DNA from: an uncultured Gammaproteobacteria bacterium
Lineage (GTDB): Bacteria > Patescibacteriota > Patescibacteriia > UBA10025 > JAHIVO01
Direction of reading: 5' to 3'
NCBI GenBank assembly: GCA_964628855.1
Contig: CAZVMV010000001.1
Location: 77,145-141,144, forward strand
DNA: 64,000 bases
Shown piece by piece: positions 1 to 8,708 of the stretch. How positions within the stretch are numbered: the stretch's first letter is position 1; every line of letters starts with the position of its first letter. Below the pieces are notes generated by a model. That model was not told the origin of the DNA and ran no database searches. It saw only the letters and a program-made list of their open reading frames with translations. The position numbers and the translations under genes were made by a program.

Positions 1-405
1 GGTGTTGATTTGTGTCCAGGTCGTGCCGTTGTATTCCCAGATGCCCGCGCCGACTGTAGTGTTGGTGGCGCTGGCAAGAAGTTTATTATTGAATACAACA
101 AAACTGGTCGAATCAACATTCAGAGCGTTGCCGAAACCGTCAGTATTCACCTGGGTCCATGTTGAGCTCGCGTATTTCCAAATTTCACTCCCAGTCGTAG
201 TATTTGCCGTCGAGGCATACAGCGACCCGCCAAAATTAATCATAGAATAAGAACGATAGTTTTGTCCCGAGCCAAACCCGTCTGTATTGATCTGTGACCA
301 GGTGGGCGAAGCGGCATTCGCAGTCCCAGGGAAAATAATTAGGGCGCCTGCCAACAACATAAAAACACCCAATAGCAATGTGGCGCTATTCCATTGTTTT
401 ACCAT
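1..405 (-). CDS. Secreted beta-propeller-repeat surface protein, N-terminal part (runs off window start; not in ORF track)
   Basis: ATG at 405, frame open to position 1. MVKQWNSATLLLGVFMLLAGALIIFPGTANA is a signal peptide with an ANA cleavage motif. Repeats WSQINTDGFG / WTQVNTDGFG / WTQINT occur about every 50 aa. Confidence 0.8.
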   Translation of the reverse strand, partial: MVKQWNSATLLLGVFMLLAGALIIFPGTANAASPTWSQINTDGFGSGQNYRSYSMINFGGSLYASTANTTTGSEIWKYASSTWTQVNTDGFGNALNVDSTSFVVFNNKLLASATNTTVGAGIWEYNGTTWTQINT

Positions 406-465
406 AGTTTAATATTAAGTTGATAATCCTACTCTAAAAGTATAATTTATTTTTAAAAAAACAGC

Positions 466-496
466 AAAAAAAAGGCGACAGCATTACGCTATCGCC
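466..496 (-). terminator. Intrinsic terminator after the 82 aa orphan
   Basis: Minus strand GGCGATAGC-gtaat-GCTGTCGCC followed by 8 T. Confidence 0.7.
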
Positions 497-528
497 CATG
501 AATACGGACACTGGTGTGTCCGGGTGCA

Positions 529-777
529 TTACTCTAACCTCTTCCTCATTGCTCTGACAATGCCGGCCAGGTATTTTTCGTCCATTTCTGGAAGCTGCCT
601 GTGAAAACCGGTCCCGTCATCGGCGAAGAGTAGGTCGGCGACTCCAACATTCGATTCGCCGTGGGCTTCTTCGGACATATGCGAAAAAAAATCCGCTTTT
701 GTCACGATTTTTTCCTTCAGGCGAATTTCCCCCGTGAGTTGCTGGATTTCTACGAGCATCTCTGCTTTGCTCGCCAC
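529..777 (-). CDS. Hypothetical protein, 82 aa
   Basis: GTG start preceded by AAGGAGGT. Lies just downstream of the 803..1630 gene and is followed by a terminator. Confidence 0.7.
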   Translation of the reverse strand: MASKAEMLVEIQQLTGEIRLKEKIVTKADFFSHMSEEAHGESNVGVADLLFADDGTGFHRQLPEMDEKYLAGIVRAMRKRLE

Positions 778-802
778 AATACCTCCTTGTTAAGAGTTTG
801 GA

Positions 803-1630
803 TTATCTGACTTTTCGATTACGATGCCTTCGGGCCATCCGCCTACGCACTTCTTCAAGCGCCTCGACAGTATCCACCCCCAGAAAATCCTTAGGGTGAT
901 GGCTGCAGTACGTATGCACCGCAGTATCTTCCCTTGCCGCGAGAAGGGCGGTGTACAGATGGATCTCCGGCATGTGAAGCGGAAACTTCTCCAGCAGGTA
1001 ACCCAGGCCATATAGAAAGCCTCGGAACCAACTGGCCTGATAAATATACGGCCCGGCGTGCAGTTCCTCCTTCTGCCTCCGGCGCGAATATTCGATCCTT
1101 GCTTGCAGGTCATAGAAACGGCGTTTCTGCCGTATTACCACGCCACACTTGCGGTATTCGGGCTTCCGACGGTTTTCGTTGAACGTCAGGATGCCGGCCC
1201 GCATTGGCTGGTGCTCCAGGAAACTAATGATAAATTCGTCCAAATCGTGGCTGGTGACTAACGGCTGGTCACCCATGAGCACGACGACGAAATCGGCTTC
1301 GTCTGCCTGGGGAAACACACCCTGCTTGATCGCCTGCCAGACTGCATCTGCAGTACCACGATGGTTATCCTGCACGGCTATCTGGATATCGGGGAACTTC
1401 TTGAGTTCCTGACGCAGTACCTCCTCATATCGGGTACTAATGATGGCCGTGACACCGACCACACGTGCGGCAGTTACACCGCTCGCGGCATCAATGACGT
1501 AGGAAATCACCGTTTGCCCGTTTAATGGTTCGAGAAGTTTTGGCCGCCAGGGCGCATGCTTCGGATCAAGAGTCCGCTTGCCGCCACCCAGTACAACGAA
1601 CCAAACTTTCGGTTTTCGTCTCTTTGTCAA
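803..1630 (-). CDS. Divergent nucleotidyltransferase (GlmU N-terminal / NTP_transferase-like)
   Basis: Motifs VVLGGGKR...PKLL, GTADAV, VLMGDQPLV, HAGPY and GVDT match the GlmU pyrophosphorylase domain. No hexapeptide acetyltransferase domain. AGGAGGT precedes the TTG start. Confidence 0.7.
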   Translation of the reverse strand: MTKRRKPKVWFVVLGGGKRTLDPKHAPWRPKLLEPLNGQTVISYVIDAASGVTAARVVGVTAIISTRYEEVLRQELKKFPDIQIAVQDNHRGTADAVWQAIKQGVFPQADEADFVVVLMGDQPLVTSHDLDEFIISFLEHQPMRAGILTFNENRRKPEYRKCGVVIRQKRRFYDLQARIEYSRRRQKEELHAGPYIYQASWFRGFLYGLGYLLEKFPLHMPEIHLYTALLAAREDTAVHTYCSHHPKDFLGVDTVEALEEVRRRMARRHRNRKVR

Positions 1631-1714
1631 AGTACCTCCTAGTTATATATTTCTTTTACAATTTCTGTTTTTTATGCTTGATTACAGAAGAAAACCATAA
1701 AAAAGCAGTAATTC

Positions 1715-1743
1715 AACCTACCCTATTTCATCCGGAATGTCAA
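1715..1743 (-). promoter_or_regulatory. Sigma70-like promoter for the NTP-transferase/orphan pair
   Basis: TTGACA-17 nt-TAGGTT on the minus strand. Confidence 0.45.
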
Positions 1744-1831
1744 GATTCATTGGCTAAATTCAGGCCAACGGACTAATCATACATAACCAGCAGGTGGACA
1801 AAATGTGCAAATAATCTGCGTAAAAAATACC

Positions 1832-1860
1832 TTGAATTTAGGTGACATACAGGTTACAAT
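1832..1860 (+). promoter_or_regulatory. Sigma70-like promoter for dnaB
   Basis: TTGAAT-17 nt-TACAAT, 32 nt upstream of the ATG. Confidence 0.55.
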
Positions 1861-1892
1861 GTATTCACTGATTTTTAGCAAAAACCTATCCC

Positions 1893-3254
1893 ATGCCCAG
1901 CGACCCGATCGCCAAAGTACCACCGCAAAACCTTGAGGCCGAACAATCCGTACTCGGCTCTCTTTTGATTGACAAGGACGCCATCACAAAAATTGCCGAC
2001 CTTATCAGGCCGGAAGATTTTTATAAAGATTCAAACGGCACAATTTTTGATGCGATGGTAGACCTGTACGACAAGCGCGAACCCATCGACGTCGTATCGC
2101 TTGCCAATAAACTTCAGGAACGTGGCCAGCTCGAAGCAATCGGCGGCCGGAGTGCCCTGGCCAGCCTGGCAAATTCAGTCCCCAGCTCGTCACATATCGT
2201 CAACTACGCCCAGATCGTACAGAAAAAATCCACACTCCGACGGCTTTTAAATGCGGCTTCTGAAATCACCAGCCTAGGCTACCAGGAAACGGACAAGATT
2301 GAAGAATTATTAGACCGGGCCGAACAGCAGATTTTTGGCGTCTCCCAGAAATTCCTGAAACAAAACTTCATCCCTATCAAATCAATCCTGACCGAAGCAT
2401 TTGACCGGATCGATGAACTGCATCGTGATTCAGGCAAACTGCGTGGGATCCCGACTGGATATGGTGATCTCGACCACGTCCTGGCCGGCTTGCAAAAATC
2501 CGACCTCGTGATCCTGGCCGCCCGGCCATCTGTCGGTAAGACCACCTTGGCATTGGACATTGCCCGCCAGGTAGCGGTGAATTCAAAAATACCTGTCGGC
2601 ATTTTCAGTTTGGAAATGTCAAAAGAACAATTAGTAGACCGCTTGCTCTGCTCCCAGGCAAATGTAGAACTCTGGAAAATGCGAACAGGCAGACTTTCCG
2701 AAGATGAGGATTTCACGAGCATCGGGCATGCTATGGGCGTACTGTCAGAAGCGCCAATTTTTATTGATGATTCCGCCACAGCCAATGCTATGGAAATTCG
2801 GACCAAAGCCCGCCGACTCCAATCCGAACACCACCTGGGACTTATTGTCCTGGACTATCTGCAGCTCATGCAGGGCACTTCAGGGACAGATAACCGGGTC
2901 CAGGAAATTAGCGAAATTACCCGTTCGCTTAAGGCGATTGCTCGCGAATTAAATGTCCCGGTAATTGCCCTGTCCCAGCTGTCACGCGCCGTTGAATCAC
3001 GCCAACCGCCGATACCGAAATTGGCCGATCTCCGTGAATCCGGCTCCATCGAACAGGATGCGGATGTCGTCATGTTTATTTATCGTGAAGCGATTTACAA
3101 GAAAGACCTGGATCCGGCCAGGAAGAATATCGCGGAAATCCATATTGCCAAACACCGTAACGGCCCAACTGGCGTGGTCCAGTTGTACTTCGACGAAAAC
3201 AAAGTCAGTTTCAAGAACCTGGAACGCAAAATGGATTCTGAGCCATCATTTTAA
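1893..3254 (+). CDS. dnaB: Replicative DNA helicase DnaB
   Basis: PPQNLEAEQSVLG, Walker A AARPSVGKT, DYLQLM, SQLSRAVE, LRESGSIEQDAD, KHRNGPTG. No intein. Confidence 0.98.
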   Translation: MPSDPIAKVPPQNLEAEQSVLGSLLIDKDAITKIADLIRPEDFYKDSNGTIFDAMVDLYDKREPIDVVSLANKLQERGQLEAIGGRSALASLANSVPSSSHIVNYAQIVQKKSTLRRLLNAASEITSLGYQETDKIEELLDRAEQQIFGVSQKFLKQNFIPIKSILTEAFDRIDELHRDSGKLRGIPTGYGDLDHVLAGLQKSDLVILAARPSVGKTTLALDIARQVAVNSKIPVGIFSLEMSKEQLVDRLLCSQANVELWKMRTGRLSEDEDFTSIGHAMGVLSEAPIFIDDSATANAMEIRTKARRLQSEHHLGLIVLDYLQLMQGTSGTDNRVQEISEITRSLKAIARELNVPVIALSQLSRAVESRQPPIPKLADLRESGSIEQDADVVMFIYREAIYKKDLDPARKNIAEIHIAKHRNGPTGVVQLYFDENKVSFKNLERKMDSEPSF

Positions 3255-3258
3255 CAAC

Positions 3259-3555
3259 ATGTTTGATAAAATAAAACAACTGAAAGAACTCCGCGACCAG
3301 GCTAAACAGATGAAAGAAATGCTGGAAAAAGAATCAGTTGTCGGCGAAGGTGGCGGCGGTAAAGTGTCGATTGTCATGAACGGCAACCAGGAGGTATTGT
3401 CTACCAGCGTCGACTCCGTCCTTCTCAAAACCGATTCAAAAGAGGCTCTCGAACACTACCTACGGGAGGCAATTAATGATGCCATAAAAAAAGTCCAGAG
3501 AGTGATGGCCCAAAAAATGCAGAATATGCAGGGATTTAACCTGCCAGGCATGTAA
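3259..3555 (+). CDS. ybaB: YbaB/EbfC nucleoid-associated protein
   Basis: Start taken as ATG 3259 (MFDKIKQLKEL). GEGGGGKVSIVMNG and AINDA motifs; directly upstream of recR. Confidence 0.9.
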   Translation: MFDKIKQLKELRDQAKQMKEMLEKESVVGEGGGGKVSIVMNGNQEVLSTSVDSVLLKTDSKEALEHYLREAINDAIKKVQRVMAQKMQNMQGFNLPGM

Positions 3556-3557
3556 CC

Positions 3558-4163
3558 ATGAACACCTACCCAGACCCAATAAAAAAACTCGTCGACCTCT
3601 TTACCAGACTCCCAGGCATCGGACCGAAATCCGCCGAAAGGATAGTATTCCATCTCCTGAAAGATTCTGGAGGATTTAGCGCCAACCTCACAAAATCAGT
3701 CGCTGAACTGAAAAAGTCTGTCACCACCTGCCAGCGCTGTTTCAACGTATCCGCGTCAAACCCCTGCCCAATCTGCGCCGACCAAAAACGCGACCATTCC
3801 ACTATTTGCGTCGTATCCGGTCCGGCCGATGTTTCGGCGATCGAAAAAACCGGCGAGTTCCATGGACTTTACCACGTGCTCGGCGGAGTATTAAATCCTG
3901 TGGAAAATATCACACCGGACCAATTAACAATCAACCAGCTTCAAAAACGTATCGCTGATCCGTCCCAAAAAATCAAAGAAGTTATCCTGGCCACCAATCC
4001 CGACCTGGAGGGCGAATCTACCTCCCTATATCTGGCACGGCTGCTAAAAAACCTTCCAATAAAAATTACCCGCCTTGCCAAGGGCTTGCCCATGGGCTCT
4101 GACCTTGAGTATGCAGACGAAATAACCATTTCCAGTGCCCTGAAAGGAAGACAGTCAGTATAA
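3558..4163 (+). CDS. recR: Recombination protein RecR
   Basis: LPGIGPKSAER HhH motif, C4 zinc finger, YHVLGG, Toprim ATNPDLEGE, GLPMGSDLEYAD. Confidence 0.98.
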   Translation: MNTYPDPIKKLVDLFTRLPGIGPKSAERIVFHLLKDSGGFSANLTKSVAELKKSVTTCQRCFNVSASNPCPICADQKRDHSTICVVSGPADVSAIEKTGEFHGLYHVLGGVLNPVENITPDQLTINQLQKRIADPSQKIKEVILATNPDLEGESTSLYLARLLKNLPIKITRLAKGLPMGSDLEYADEITISSALKGRQSV

Positions 4164-4173
4164 GGATAAATAC

Positions 4174-4207
4174 AAAAAACACGTACAAACCATGTACGTG
4201 AATTTTT
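4174..4207. terminator. Bidirectional terminator between convergent recR and rplU
   Basis: A6-CACGTACA-loop-TGTACGTG-aaT5. Confidence 0.7.
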
Positions 4208-4214
4208 ATAATAT

Positions 4215-4529
4215 CTATACGGTAATTTTGTCTATCTTGACCGTCGAATAATTCTGGCGGTGGCCCCGTGTCCGTCGATAACGGACTTTATTGTGAAATT
4301 TCACGACCATAACTTTTTTGGCTTTTGACTGGCCGACAACAGTTGCGGTTACGGTAGCGCCCTTGACGAACGGGTTGCCGAGCTTATTGCTGTTTCCATC
4401 CGATACCAACATGACCTTATCAAATGTTACTTTGCCGTCCGTTTTTGCGTTCAGCTTTTCCACTCGGATCGTCTTACCCTCGACCGCTTTGTATTGTTTT
4501 CCCCCAGTATTAATAATGGCGAATTTCAT
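4215..4529 (-). CDS. rplU: 50S ribosomal protein L21
   Basis: Start at ATG 4529: MKFAIINTGGKQY...GHRQNYS. Confidence 0.96.
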   Translation of the reverse strand: MKFAIINTGGKQYKAVEGKTIRVEKLNAKTDGKVTFDKVMLVSDGNSNKLGNPFVKGATVTATVVGQSKAKKVMVVKFHNKVRYRRTRGHRQNYSTVKIDKITV

Positions 4530-4572
4530 AGGTTCAGTAATAAAAAAATACCAATTAATTGTACGTGCTGGT

Positions 4573-4601
4573 AGTGTACCAGACGGCCGGCTACTTGTCA
4601 A
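4573..4601 (-). promoter_or_regulatory. Sigma70-like promoter for rplU
   Basis: TTGACA-17 nt-TACACT with TG extension. Confidence 0.65.
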
Positions 4602-5070
4602 AGGTAATTACCACAGGATTACCCACGGCAAATCCCCGGTTAGCAGAAATACCGCCATTGATTTCCAGGACATAATTTGCGTCCATCTTTGGGTCTATCG
4701 TCAGTTCCCCAGGTTTTGCTGACGGAGCGATATAGACAACCTTGCCATCATTTATCCAAATAATATCAAGGCTGACAAGCGTATTCTGCATCGTAAAAAC
4801 ATAATGTCCAACGGACGGAAAAACAAAAAGCATCCCCTTGCCTGGATCGATAAAGGATCGCTGGGAAAGCCCCTTGGCACGGGCAGACTCTGTTTTTGCC
4901 AATTCGACTTTAAATGTCGTATCTTTAATGGTCACGGTAGCAGTCTCTTTGACGACTGACTTGAGGTAATACGGCATTTCATCTGAGATGCGGCTCCCGC
5001 CTGAAAACCAAAAAATAATGCCAAATACTATGGCAACGAACAGAATTATTATCGTACTCTTGCTTATCAT
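4591..5070 (-). CDS. DUF192 family membrane-anchored protein
   Basis: N-terminal TM helix; VELAKT..RAKGLSQR, GMLFVF, MQNTLVSLDIIWI, YVLEINGG. Confidence 0.9.
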   Translation of the reverse strand: MISKSTIIILFVAIVFGIIFWFSGGSRISDEMPYYLKSVVKETATVTIKDTTFKVELAKTESARAKGLSQRSFIDPGKGMLFVFPSVGHYVFTMQNTLVSLDIIWINDGKVVYIAPSAKPGELTIDPKMDANYVLEINGGISANRGFAVGNPVVITFDK

Positions 5071-5076
5071 AATATT

Positions 5077-6192
5077 TTAATTAGTGACTTTTTTCCCATA
5101 ATGACGAAGGACGAATACCCCCAACGCCACCATAACCAGGCATAAGATAAACATAGCGATTACTTTTTGTTTTGTCCCGGAAAATAACGCGACAGCCCCG
5201 AAACAGAGGCTGATCGTATATAGTAGTAGTACTGCCCCACGGTGAGAAAGGCCTACATCCAGTAATCGGAAATGAAGGTGTTTGCGGTCTGCAGTGGAAA
5301 AGGGTGATTTTTTTTCAAAAAAAACTCGCCTAATTATAACCCAAGCAACATCCAGAATTGGAATACCCATAATCAGAAGGGCAGTGGCGATTTTAGCTCC
5401 AGAAATGATAGAAAGCACACCAAGCATAAACCCGACAAAAAGACTGCCCCCCTCCCCAAGGAATATTTTTGCCGGGTGGAAATTGAAAAACAAAAAACCT
5501 AAACAAGCCCCTGCAAATATCGACGCCAATAATGCTGTTTCCGGCTGGGCCACTTCCTTGCCAAGGCTCAAGAAAAAAAGGATTACGGATCCGATCACGC
5601 CAATTCCGGAAACCAACCCGTCCAGACCATCCAAAAATTTCGTCGTGTACATCATACCCATAAGCCATAAAAAAGCGAATAAATCCGCCCACAAGGTAAA
5701 ATGATATGGGGTGCCATCAAATGAAAAAATATTCCACTTGATGCTGTCCAGTTGCCAAACGCCACCAAAAGGATTAGTAATGTAGGTTACCCCGATCCCA
5801 GCACCGACAACAACTAAACACGCCAATATGGGCCATAAAATCTGACGCGATGGCTTCAAATGGAAGCGGTCATCCAAATACCCTCCGATCATGAGCAATA
5901 ATCCTGCCAGTCCTATGCCGACCAAATATTTTGGGAGCATATAACCGCCCAGTAATCGATTCGAAAATATTACATATAATGTCGTCACAAGACATGAGGC
6001 GATAAAAATTGCCATCCCGCCAAGCAAGGGGGTAGGTTTGGATTGAATCTTCCTGTCTGGGGCAGCCTCAGGACGGTCAAAAACGCCTTTTTTCTTCGCC
6101 CACCATTTTACCAAAATCGTACAAAATACAGAAAAAATTACGCTGACAAAAAAAGGTAATATATATGACTGTACTTGGAGGGAATTATCCAT
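5077..6192 (-). CDS. Undecaprenyl-phosphate hexosamine-1-phosphate transferase (WecA/TagO, MraY-like GT4)
   Basis: PTPLLGG, GYLDD, DGLDGL, NFHPAKIFLGEGGS and DRKHLHFRL motifs; multi-TM. Confidence 0.92.
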   Translation of the reverse strand: MDNSLQVQSYILPFFVSVIFSVFCTILVKWWAKKKGVFDRPEAAPDRKIQSKPTPLLGGMAIFIASCLVTTLYVIFSNRLLGGYMLPKYLVGIGLAGLLLMIGGYLDDRFHLKPSRQILWPILACLVVVGAGIGVTYITNPFGGVWQLDSIKWNIFSFDGTPYHFTLWADLFAFLWLMGMMYTTKFLDGLDGLVSGIGVIGSVILFFLSLGKEVAQPETALLASIFAGACLGFLFFNFHPAKIFLGEGGSLFVGFMLGVLSIISGAKIATALLIMGIPILDVAWVIIRRVFFEKKSPFSTADRKHLHFRLLDVGLSHRGAVLLLYTISLCFGAVALFSGTKQKVIAMFILCLVMVALGVFVLRHYGKKVTN

Positions 6193-6601
6193 GATGTTTA
6201 TCGAGAAATGTTTGAAGAATAATCATCGCCGCGGTTTGGTCAATAGTCTGTCTCGTTTCTTTTGTGGACCGGCCAGCCTGTTTTTTTGCCCGAATGGCAT
6301 AAACCGTAGTAAAACGTTCATCCTCATACAAAACTTCACAACCGACTTTATTATGCAAAAGTTGACCCCATTTTTTCACGGTTTTGGCTTTTTCGCCTAC
6401 CAAACCGTGCTGGTCAAGCGGCAATCCGACTACAACCCTCATTACTTTCTCTTCCTGGCATATTGCGTTAAGGTGGAAGAAGCAAGCGTCAGAACCGTCA
6501 TTTTCGATAGTCCGAAAAGGGAATACGAAACGGCCATCGTCACTGGAAATGGCCAGACCGATTCTTTTTTCCCCATAATCAATACCCAAAACTTTCCCCA
6601 T
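6185..6601 (-). CDS. ruvX: YqgF/RuvX pre-16S rRNA nuclease
   Basis: LGIDYGEKRIGLA, VVGLP, DERFTT, IDQTAAMIILQ. Confidence 0.95.
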   Translation of the reverse strand: MGKVLGIDYGEKRIGLAISSDDGRFVFPFRTIENDGSDACFFHLNAICQEEKVMRVVVGLPLDQHGLVGEKAKTVKKWGQLLHNKVGCEVLYEDERFTTVYAIRAKKQAGRSTKETRQTIDQTAAMIILQTFLDKHHG

Positions 6602-6610
6602 ACGAATATT

Positions 6611-7360
6611 TTATTCTTTTGTCAGGATCTTGTGGCCACCATCGACCACTGCTAGCGTGTGCTCAAAATGGGCGGAGCAGGAGCCGTCACTGGTGACAAT
6701 AGTCCATCCATCAGACAAAGTGACCACTTCATCGCCGCCGATATTCACCATCGGCTCCAGGGCGATAACCATACCGGCGCTTAGCCGTAAGCCTTGGCCA
6801 GGTTTTCCGAAATTTGGTATCTTTGGTTCCTCATGCACCGCATATCCGACACCATGACCGACCAAACTTTTAACTACAGAAAATCCAAAAGATTCGGCAT
6901 AAGACTGAACAGCAAAACCAATATCGCCAAGAGCCACGCCGGGCTTGACCAGGGTTATTGCCTTGTCCAGAGACTGTCGGGTAACCTGGATTAATTTTTC
7001 AGCTTCGGCTGAAATTTTGCCGACCGGCACAGTTACGGCCATGTCAGTAAATAACCCTTTATACTCTAATCCAATATCAACTCCGACCACGTCACCGGGC
7101 TTGATTTTCCTTTTTGGTGAAGGGATGCCATGCACCACACCCTCGTTTATCGAAATACACGTTGAAGCCGGATAATCGCTGAAACCTTTGAAGGATGGCT
7201 TGCCGCCTGATTCCTTGATCAGTTTTTCTGCTAACGCATCAAGCTTGGCCGTGCTGATGCCGGGTTTAACCTCTGCCGCTACCAGCCTCACCACTCGCGC
7301 CAAAATCTTGCCGCCTTCAGCCAATTTGGCGATATCGTCAGAATTTTTAATCCTTATCAT
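6611..7360 (-). CDS. map: Methionine aminopeptidase type I
   Basis: CISINEGVVHGIP, GHGVG..HEEP, ALEPM, SAHFEHT. Confidence 0.97.
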   Translation of the reverse strand: MIRIKNSDDIAKLAEGGKILARVVRLVAAEVKPGISTAKLDALAEKLIKESGGKPSFKGFSDYPASTCISINEGVVHGIPSPKRKIKPGDVVGVDIGLEYKGLFTDMAVTVPVGKISAEAEKLIQVTRQSLDKAITLVKPGVALGDIGFAVQSYAESFGFSVVKSLVGHGVGYAVHEEPKIPNFGKPGQGLRLSAGMVIALEPMVNIGGDEVVTLSDGWTIVTSDGSCSAHFEHTLAVVDGGHKILTKE

Positions 7361-8021
7361 GTGACGGAAAAATTTTTAAAATATTCTTAAACACTGCCTT
7401 GACTGGCGGCTCACCGTCAATCCTGACCAAAATACCCTGCGTCTTATAATACTTAATCAGGGGTTTGGTCATTTTATTATAGCTTGCCAGCCGTTCGGCG
7501 ATAGCTTTTGGCTTGTCATCTTCCCGCTGGAACACTTGGCCGCCGCATACAGGACATTTTTTCGCATTGGATGGTATGTTTTTACCGGCGATGAATATTC
7601 GGCCGCACTTCATACAGGTGCGCCGCAATGATAGGCGCTTGACTGTAGTTTTGCGAGATATTGGCATATCAATAACCAAAGTCAGTCTACGGCCAAGCTT
7701 TTTAAATAATACATCAAGCGCTTTTGCCTGGGCGAAAGTGCGCGGGAATCCGTCAAAAACCACGCCTTTTGATTTGCTTACCTTGTGCAATGCCTGTTCT
7801 AAAACCCGCACCGTCAAATTATCAGGAATCAGAGATCCCTTCACATAAATTAAAAAATTAATCCTCTTCCCGAGAGGCGTCTTGGCTTTGGCCATTTGCC
7901 TAAATATTTTTCCAGTTTCTATATGGGCCAGGTTGAATTTTTCTGCCAAGAGCGAGGCCTGCGTCCCCTTGCCAGAACCTTGAGGACCGAGAATGAGAAT
8001 ATTTTGCACTGGCTTTGTCAT
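7347..8021 (-). CDS. adk: Adenylate kinase with zinc-LID
   Basis: GPQGSGKGTQA, DGFPRT, CMKC...CPVC, QREDD. Confidence 0.93.
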   Translation of the reverse strand: MTKPVQNILILGPQGSGKGTQASLLAEKFNLAHIETGKIFRQMAKAKTPLGKRINFLIYVKGSLIPDNLTVRVLEQALHKVSKSKGVVFDGFPRTFAQAKALDVLFKKLGRRLTLVIDMPISRKTTVKRLSLRRTCMKCGRIFIAGKNIPSNAKKCPVCGGQVFQREDDKPKAIAERLASYNKMTKPLIKYYKTQGILVRIDGEPPVKAVFKNILKIFPSHDKD

Positions 8022-8025
8022 TTGA

Positions 8026-8619
8026 TTAGGAGTTCAACAATTTTATAATCTCCCCGACCTGTTCGTCCAATTCCTGCAATGAACCGGTGTTCATTACCGT
8101 ATAATCCGCCATGGCGATCGGCCCGGCTTTCTCGATTTTTTCAATTTCTGCATAATCACGGCTGTGCGCCTCCTCTCGGGAAAATGACCGGTATTTCATC
8201 TTTGGGTCATCTTTGTACTTTGAACGCCGGTCTTCGAGTCTGGCATACCTCATCGCAGGCGGAGCGTACACTGCCACGACAACCAAGCTTGATCCATATT
8301 TCTCTTTGAGCACCTTGTACTCAGACCAACTGTAGAGGCCGTCGGCCAGAACATTTTTGCCTTGCGCAATCAATTCGTCAATTTTAGGAATGTTCAATAT
8401 GGCAAATGCGGCCATGCCGTGTTTAGCCCTGAATTCCTCTCGGATCGGGCGTTCATTCTCCTCTTTGGGCTCAAGGCCGCGGCGCTTCACCTCATCCAAT
8501 GTTATCTGTCCAAAACGCAAATAGGCGAACCCACTGGCGACAAACCGGTCGGCTACTTCACTCTTACCGGCGCCGCACATCCCAACTAAAGCGACAATTT
8601 TTTGGCTAAATTTGTTCAT
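8026..8619 (-). CDS. P-loop nucleotide kinase (dephospho-CoA kinase-like / UPF0200-like)
   Basis: GMCGAGKS Walker A, LADGLYS, RYARL, RDYAE, IAMADY..N.G. Confidence 0.75.
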   Translation of the reverse strand: MNKFSQKIVALVGMCGAGKSEVADRFVASGFAYLRFGQITLDEVKRRGLEPKEENERPIREEFRAKHGMAAFAILNIPKIDELIAQGKNVLADGLYSWSEYKVLKEKYGSSLVVVAVYAPPAMRYARLEDRRSKYKDDPKMKYRSFSREEAHSRDYAEIEKIEKAGPIAMADYTVMNTGSLQELDEQVGEIIKLLNS

Positions 8620-8650
8620 ATGTTGATATTATACCTGATTTTCAAATTAT

Positions 8651-8680
8651 AAAAAACACAGGAGCAAATCATTCTCCTGC
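8651..8680 (-). terminator. Terminator after secY
   Basis: Minus strand CAGGAG-loop-CTCCTG then TG and T6. Confidence 0.55.
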
Positions 8681-8708
8681 ACACAATTCTTACTATGGAT
8701 TAGTAGCA

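Noticed and set aside
2965-3258. Long N-terminal extension of ybaB overlapping dnaB
   Set aside because: Artefact of longest-ORF calling; the family match starts at ATG 3259.
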